Assembly: GCA_964016885.1 (NCBI GenBank)
Contig: OZ024756.1
Coordinates: 19,716,001 to 19,780,000 of the forward strand
Origin: Eledone cirrhosa
Lineage: Eukaryota
Reading direction: 5' to 3'
DNA: 64,000 nt
Position numbers and translations under genes: made by a program. Positions 58,071 to 64,000 of this stretch are shown in pieces (position 1 is the first letter of the stretch; each line of letters starts with the position of its first letter). Below the pieces are notes generated by a model, which was given only the letters and a program-made list of their open reading frames with translations, was not told where the DNA came from and ran no database searches.

Positions 58071-59486
58071 CTGAACACAAAATAAAAATAGAATTAAATT
58101 ACTAAGTAGCTAACTATAATCGTTTCTATTTTAGGCACAAGGCCGACAATTTGGGGAGGGGAAAATTGATTAAATTGACCTCAGTGCATTACTGGTACTT
58201 TAGTTTATCGACCCTGTAAGGATGAAAGGCAAAGCTAACGTCAGTAGGATTTGAACTAAAAACATAAAAGCTGTAACTATATGCCACTCAGCATGTTGTC
58301 CAAAGCTCTACCAATTCTGCCAATCCACTGCCTCAAGTAGTTAACTATTATAAATTAACTCATCACTAAATGGAAAAAAAAAAAGAAAAACAAACAGCAA
58401 ACTAACAAACTCCCCCAAAAGCCAAATAAATCTAAATTTATTATTAGACTTAATGAGATTCCAGTAATTAAAAAAATATTATTGGAATAAATTTATTGTT
58501 GATATAACTATAAATTGGTCAATCATACAGAAAAATGAAAGCAGTATTGGAAAGAACTATAAATGCCATAAATGAGAGGAAATGGAAGGAAAGAGCAAAG
58601 ACTATTAGGCAACAGAAGAAAGAAAGAAAGGGGTAAGGGGAGGCAGTGACAGATTCTACATCTAAGTCAGTGTGGTGTTTCGGTTGCGCCTTGTGAACAA
58701 AATGACAAAGGTTTTTCTGCAGACAATGGCCAGTGACACCCTCTGCCACAACCACCTCACGGGGCTCCATCTTCAGACAGGCTGCAGTTGTTCCTATTTT
58801 ATTAAGGAGGTCAGTTGTATGGTTGTTTAACTCTAAACCTTTAGTATTTACATTACTCTATATATTCTTTTATATTTTCATGGTAAAGGTTTTACCTCAC
58901 ATAATTATCTCACATAATATTGAATCTATGAGATTTTGATATTGTTTATTTTGAGAACAATACCTTAACATCAGCATGAACGGCTGGCTCAGCTGGTTTG
59001 AACAGAAAGAGATAAGAGAATTCTGGCTGGATATGGATACTTTTCTATAAATTGAACTTGGCTGATGGACAGAACTATGGACAGAAATTCATGGAGAGCA
59101 GCTGTGAGACATTGCGTGGTGTTGCCTACCTCAGAGTCCAAGACAACCGCAGCATCCTAAAGACCAAAACTGGATATGGATATGGCAGGTTTCAATACTA
59201 ATGGGCCAAATCAGCTTCGACCAAGTAAATATGGGATCCCAGACATTCCAACTATGAGCAGGTCTGTGCAAAGCTGATAATATATCTTGGCTATGTGAAA
59301 TGTAATTGCTATTTCTTAACCGTTCATCACGTATTTCAGTAATTATTACTAAGTACATGATTTATGTCAAGGTTACATAAAACGGGAGGAGTATCTCATA
59401 TAAATAGCAAATGTTTTTATAGAACTGATTATTGTAGATCACAAATAATATTCTTGGATTCTTCTGTTTCGAATTCTTTCTCCACT

Positions 59487-59647
<161 letters not shown>

Positions 59648-59952
59648 CTCTATCTATCTATCATCATCATCTCCGTTTAACGTCCATCTTCCACGCTAGC
59701 ATGGGTTTGGACGGGAATTTTCCCACTTGAGGCAAGATTGGTTGTCTTGCTCGTATAGGGCTGTCTGGCAGGTTTTCTACGGCTGGATGCCCTTCCTAAC
59801 ACCATCCACGTTTACAGTATGGACTGGGAGGTTTTTACCTTGTTACCTACACGGCCACATTACAGCGTGGACTGTGTGTTTTTTTGTCGTGACACCTACA
59901 CGACCTCATTTATTTAGGATTGGATGTATATATATATATATATATATATGTG

Positions 59953-60217
59953 CAGAGGCATAACTAGGGAAAATAGTACCTATGGCAAGCAGTGAAATTG
60001 CTCCCCTGCCCAGCACTGTATTTTTACCTATGGGTCTAATAATTTATATAAATGGTTTAATGATCCAGCCACCATAGTGTTCTCACCCATGATAATCAGT
60101 GACAGGTCATACATCTGAAGGAGTTTCTTTTTTCACTCTCCGACAAGGCTTGTGGCACCCCCTTAGTGTGGTACCCATGGCATGTGCCATGCTTGACATG
60201 CCATAGTTATGCCTCTC
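59953..60217. mobile_element. hAT-like MITE (degenerate)
   Basis: CAGAGGCATAACTA / TAGTTATGCCTCT termini, imperfect TSD. Confidence 0.6.
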
Positions 60218-60420
60218 TGTATGTTCTTCTGCTTTTATAATTTACCAATAGAGAGAGAGTTGGTTTCTAACATAAATACAAGACTCTTTCATTGGAATTT
60301 AGACAACATCAACTAGGTAGATATCTATGTATGTGCGTGTGTGTGCTGATATGGATGTTATTGTATGTGTGGATGTGTGTGTATGTGCATATGCTTTGTA
60401 TCTGTAAATGTTACATGCAG

Positions 60421-61792
60421 TTATTACACACAGAATTTTTGAAATGTTTTACGTATTTTTACTGTTCCATTAATGGATTGTACTTGTAATTTCCTAACTA
60501 GTCGTGTTCTTTCTGTGAAGCCCAGCTTCTCAAGATTTGTACTGAGGCAGTTACTAACATATTCCAGTGCCCCAATAATCACAGACATAAATCTGAAGGT
60601 GGAGTCAAGGTGGAGTATCTGCAGATTTCTGATTATTTCTGCATAGATATTCTCCTTTTCACTAATCTTTAATATTATATTGGCATCTGCTGGGCAGCTA
60701 ACCTCCTCTATTGTGCATGCCTTCTTTTCCCTGTCCCATATCATTATATCTGGTCTGTTATGCTTGCATTTTATTGGGGTTTTGACTGGAACATTCCACC
60801 AGTACTCTTTCATATTATGTATGTGTATGTCTTCCACATTGCTGTAACTTTTAATGTGTTTATTGTCTGGGATATCTTTTCTATGGATTGCATTGTACAG
60901 TGTTTTGGCTACTAGATCATGTCTCATAGGTAGATAGTACCGTGATGACATCTTTGGACAGCTGTTTATTATATGGGTGACATCTTCAATGGTAATTCTG
61001 CAGAGTCTGCACTTGTTGTCACATCTAGCTGTTTTGCCTACATTACTATCTCTTTTGTGAATCAGGTTTTTTGTGTTGATTTCCTGTTCTTGGATTGTAA
61101 AAGCATATCCTTCAAAGTGGGAGCCAATATAGTGTTTGTTGGTCCAAGATAGAATACTTTGCTTATCAACATTACTCTTACTCTGGAGCTTCTTGTCAAT
61201 ACATCTATACATGAGTTTTTGCTGATAAGCATGCAGTTTTTCATTCATGGATTCTCTGTGGTATTGCTGGGCAATTTCCTTGAGTGTAAGTTTTTGATTA
61301 TCAAACAGGGTGTATCTTTCAAGGAGTTCCTTTCCAACTTTCATGATCTTATCTGTCTCATGCAGATAGACTTGCTCAATAGATGGGGGCTCCTATGCTT
61401 GGAGGTTTGTGAATGTTGTCGGAGGGATATGATATGACACTCAAATGCTGTCTGGCCTGATGTTAGGCCTCTGCCTCCCTGCTTATGTTTCAAGTAGAGG
61501 CGGTCTATGTCACTGTTGATATGGAAATTCCAGGTGTTGTTTAGGATTTTTTGGGGTTTCAACATCAATTGATCTGATTTTGTCTATCATCCAATTGAGT
61601 ATTCCAATCCTTTGAGAATGTTGTAACCAGGTCAATATTTTTCTTCATCCCATTGATGTTCTTGGTATAGAGTTTCAGGTCATCCATGAAGAAATTATGG
61701 GTTAAGTTAGTATTTCTGTCCTCCTGTGAGCCAATGATGTATCCTTCACATTTCATGAACAGAAAGGACAAGAGGTTTAATGACAAAGCCAT
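60421..61792 (-). mobile_element. R4/Dong-type non-LTR retrotransposon fragment (RT + CCHC knuckle + restriction-like endonuclease), frameshifted, in the last SLC6 intron
   Basis: HNFFMDDLKLY, RLYL..GGRGL, CRLC..EDVTHIINSCP, RHD, NRPDIMIWD..EVSCP, EKENIY. Confidence 0.9.
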
Positions 61793-61799
61793 GTGCTTT

Positions 61800-62200
61800 C
61801 ACTAAAATATGACAACTTACCTGATAACCTCCCCTTTGACAGTGCATCACTATAAAATATGTCAACTCACCTGATAACCTCCTTTTGACAGTGTCACTAT
61901 AAAATATGTCAACTCACCTGATAACTTCCTTTTGACAGTGTGTCACAATAAAATATGTCAACTCACCTGATAACCTCCTTTTGACAGTCTGTGACAATAA
62001 AATGTCAACTCACCTGATAACCTCCTTTTGACAGTGTGTGACAATAAAATGTCAACTCACCTGATAACCTCCTTTTGACAGTGTGTCACTATAAAATATG
62101 TCAACTCACCTGATAACCTCCTTTTGACAGTGTGTCACAATAAAATGTCAACTCAACTCACCTGATAACTTCCGTTTCGACAGAGTTTCACTATAAAGTA
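61800..62200 (-). repeat. 47-52-bp tandem repeat made of the SLC6 exon 3' end plus its 5' splice site (7 extra copies)
   Basis: The unit cacctgataacctccttttgacagtgtgtcactataaaatatgtcaact aligns to the exon end cacctgataacttccgtttcgacagagtttcactataaagta. Confidence 0.9.
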
Positions 62201-62323
62201 GATTGGAATCATCCCTAGAACGACAATCACTATGAGCCATCCAAGAACCAGTGCCCATCGGGGATAGATATAGGAGTGGTAGGTGATTGACTTGTACTGT
62301 ATGGCTTTTGATATGATAACCAC
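62162..62323 (-). CDS. SLC6 (Na+/Cl- neurotransmitter/amino-acid symporter) penultimate exon, TM11-TM12 region
   Basis: cccag|VVIISKAIQYKSITYHSYIYPRWALVLGWLIVIVVLGMIPIYFIVKLCRNGSYQ|gtgagt, 162 nt, phase 0. YxYPxWA..LGW..IP is the SLC6 TM12 signature. Confidence 0.9.
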
Positions 62324-62564
62324 CTGGGAGAAAGAAGGAAAGAAAGTCAATTAAGTCGTTACTGGTACTTTATTTTATTGACACCAAAAAAGGATGAAAG
62401 GCAAAGCTGACCACGGGCGGGGGGATTTGACACTTAGAACATAAAGGGACGTTTCTCTATACCAGAAAGCATGTTGCCCGATGTTCTACCGATTACTGCC
62501 AATCTACCGTCTTTTTCATCTATATATAAATTTGAGCGACTTCCGTCTGTCTGTCCGTCTCACA

Positions 62565-62603
<39 letters not shown>

Positions 62604-62871
62604 TGTAGAAGGAAGGAAGGGGATGGTGAAAAAAACTATAACAAAGCGACCAGCGTTTCATTTGCTACGCTGTGTGTGAGTATATGTGTATGCGTGTGTA
62701 TGTTTGTATTTGTGTGAATGCATGTGTGTTTGTGTGAATGTATGTATACGTGTATGAATGTATGTGTATATGTGTGAATGTATGTCTGTGAGCTGTGTAT
62801 TTTTGTATAGTGTCTGTGTTTGCACGTTTATATTTATACGCTCATACATATAAACGTATGTATGCACACAT

Positions 62872-62908
<37 letters not shown>

Positions 62909-63615
62909 CAGGGGCCTTAAAAATATGAGGGGGACAAACCAACATTTGTTGATTCTTAAAGAAGCATAAATTGCTTATGGTGCCTTTCCCCGACTATCAC
63001 ATAAGTAAAAATTTACGCTACTAAAATTTTATATATTCAAATGAAGTTCAGATATAAAAAGATAAGCTTAAAAAGAATTTATTATACCAAATAAACAAAA
63101 AATAAAATATAGACGTTTGAAAAAGTGGAGGGGCAGGGTACTTGGTACCCCTCTGAAACAAGGCTCTTGTATATACACATATATATATATAAATATATAT
63201 ATCATCATCATCATCACCGTTTTACGTCCATTCTTCCACGCTAGCATGGGTTAGACGGGTTGTTCTGCTCATACGGGAACTGATTCTGGCTTGATTTCTA
63301 CAGCTGGATGCCCTTCCTAACATCAACCTCATTTACAGTGAGTGCTGGGTGCTTTTTTTGCCGTGGCACCTCCACGACCACTTTGTAGTGGAATGATAGG
63401 GACCCCAGTCCCTATCATCTCATTTCTACAGCTGAGAAAACTGGAGCAATGTGAAATAAAGTGTCTTGTTCAAGGAAACAACACATCACCCGGTCCGAGA
63501 ATTGAACTCACAACCTTTCGATTGCAAGCCCAATGTTCTAACCATATATATATATATATAATAATTAATTAATTCAGAATAATAATAAATGAAGACATTC
63601 ACATAATCAAAATAT

Positions 63616-63682
63616 ATGTTTTATTATATATATTTCGAAGGTACTGTGCTGTTTTTTCAGTACGTCCTCGTCAGATAAAATA
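63616..63682 (-). ncRNA. Type-I hammerhead ribozyme motif (left arm; sense with respect to the SLC6 pre-mRNA)
   Basis: Exact reverse complement of 63782-63848. Confidence 0.82.
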
Positions 63683-63781
63683 CATGAATTGATGTATGAC
63701 ATACCTCAACGGTCTTAATGGTTCAATTCCAATACTGTATGATAGTTCAATTCCAGTATTGGCGTCATACATCAATTCATG

Positions 63782-63848
63782 TATTTTATCTGACGAGGAC
63801 GTACTGAAAAAACAGCACAGTACCTTCGAAATATATATAATAAAACAT
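63782..63848 (+). ncRNA. Type-I hammerhead ribozyme motif (right arm of 120-bp inverted repeat)
   Basis: taTTTTAT-CTGACGA-ggacgtactg/cagtaccttc (9 of 10 bp)-GAAA-TATATA-TA-ATAAAA. Confidence 0.82.
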
Positions 63849-64000
63849 ATATTTTGATTATGTGAATGTCTTCATTTATTATTCAGAATAATAATAAATG
63901 AAGACATTCACATCTTTGCCTTTCATCCTTACGGGGCCGATAAAATAAAGTACCAGTAATGCACTGGGGTAATTGGTGGCCTTGTGCCTAAAGTAGAAAC

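Larger units (their letters stand above)
63581..63883. repeat. Perfect 120-bp inverted repeat with 63-nt spacer
   Basis: 63581-63700 is the reverse complement of 63764-63883. Confidence 0.95.

Overview
Eukaryotic, AT-rich, microsatellite- and SINE-dense genomic DNA. The repeat families (CORE-/Meta-type tRNA SINEs with RTE tails) point to a coleoid cephalopod, most likely Octopus; this is inference. Three protein genes were read by hand from splice sites and reading frames. (1) The first two coding exons of a ZNF341 orthologue on the - strand. (2) A complete 17-coding-exon CLPTM1L gene on the + strand (21056-49402, 542 aa from the first in-exon ATG, all intron phases consistent). (3) The last two exons of an SLC6 Na+/Cl- transporter on the - strand. 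Most long ORFs in the supplied track are microsatellite artefacts. Mobile elements include a decayed Penelope-like element (RT + GIY-YIG), R4/Dong-type, CR1-type and RTE-type LINE fragments, hAT/piggyBac/Helitron-like MITEs and many SINEs. The most striking unannotated signal is nine type-I hammerhead ribozyme motifs (CUGANGA...GAAA...UH with paired stem I and a short, often palindromic stem III). They sit in short cassettes ending at (TA)n microsatellites, some inside long fold-back repeats and some on the sense strand of host introns. A second recurring oddity is tandem amplification of exon/intron junctions, including an array of 8 5' splice sites at an SLC6 exon.
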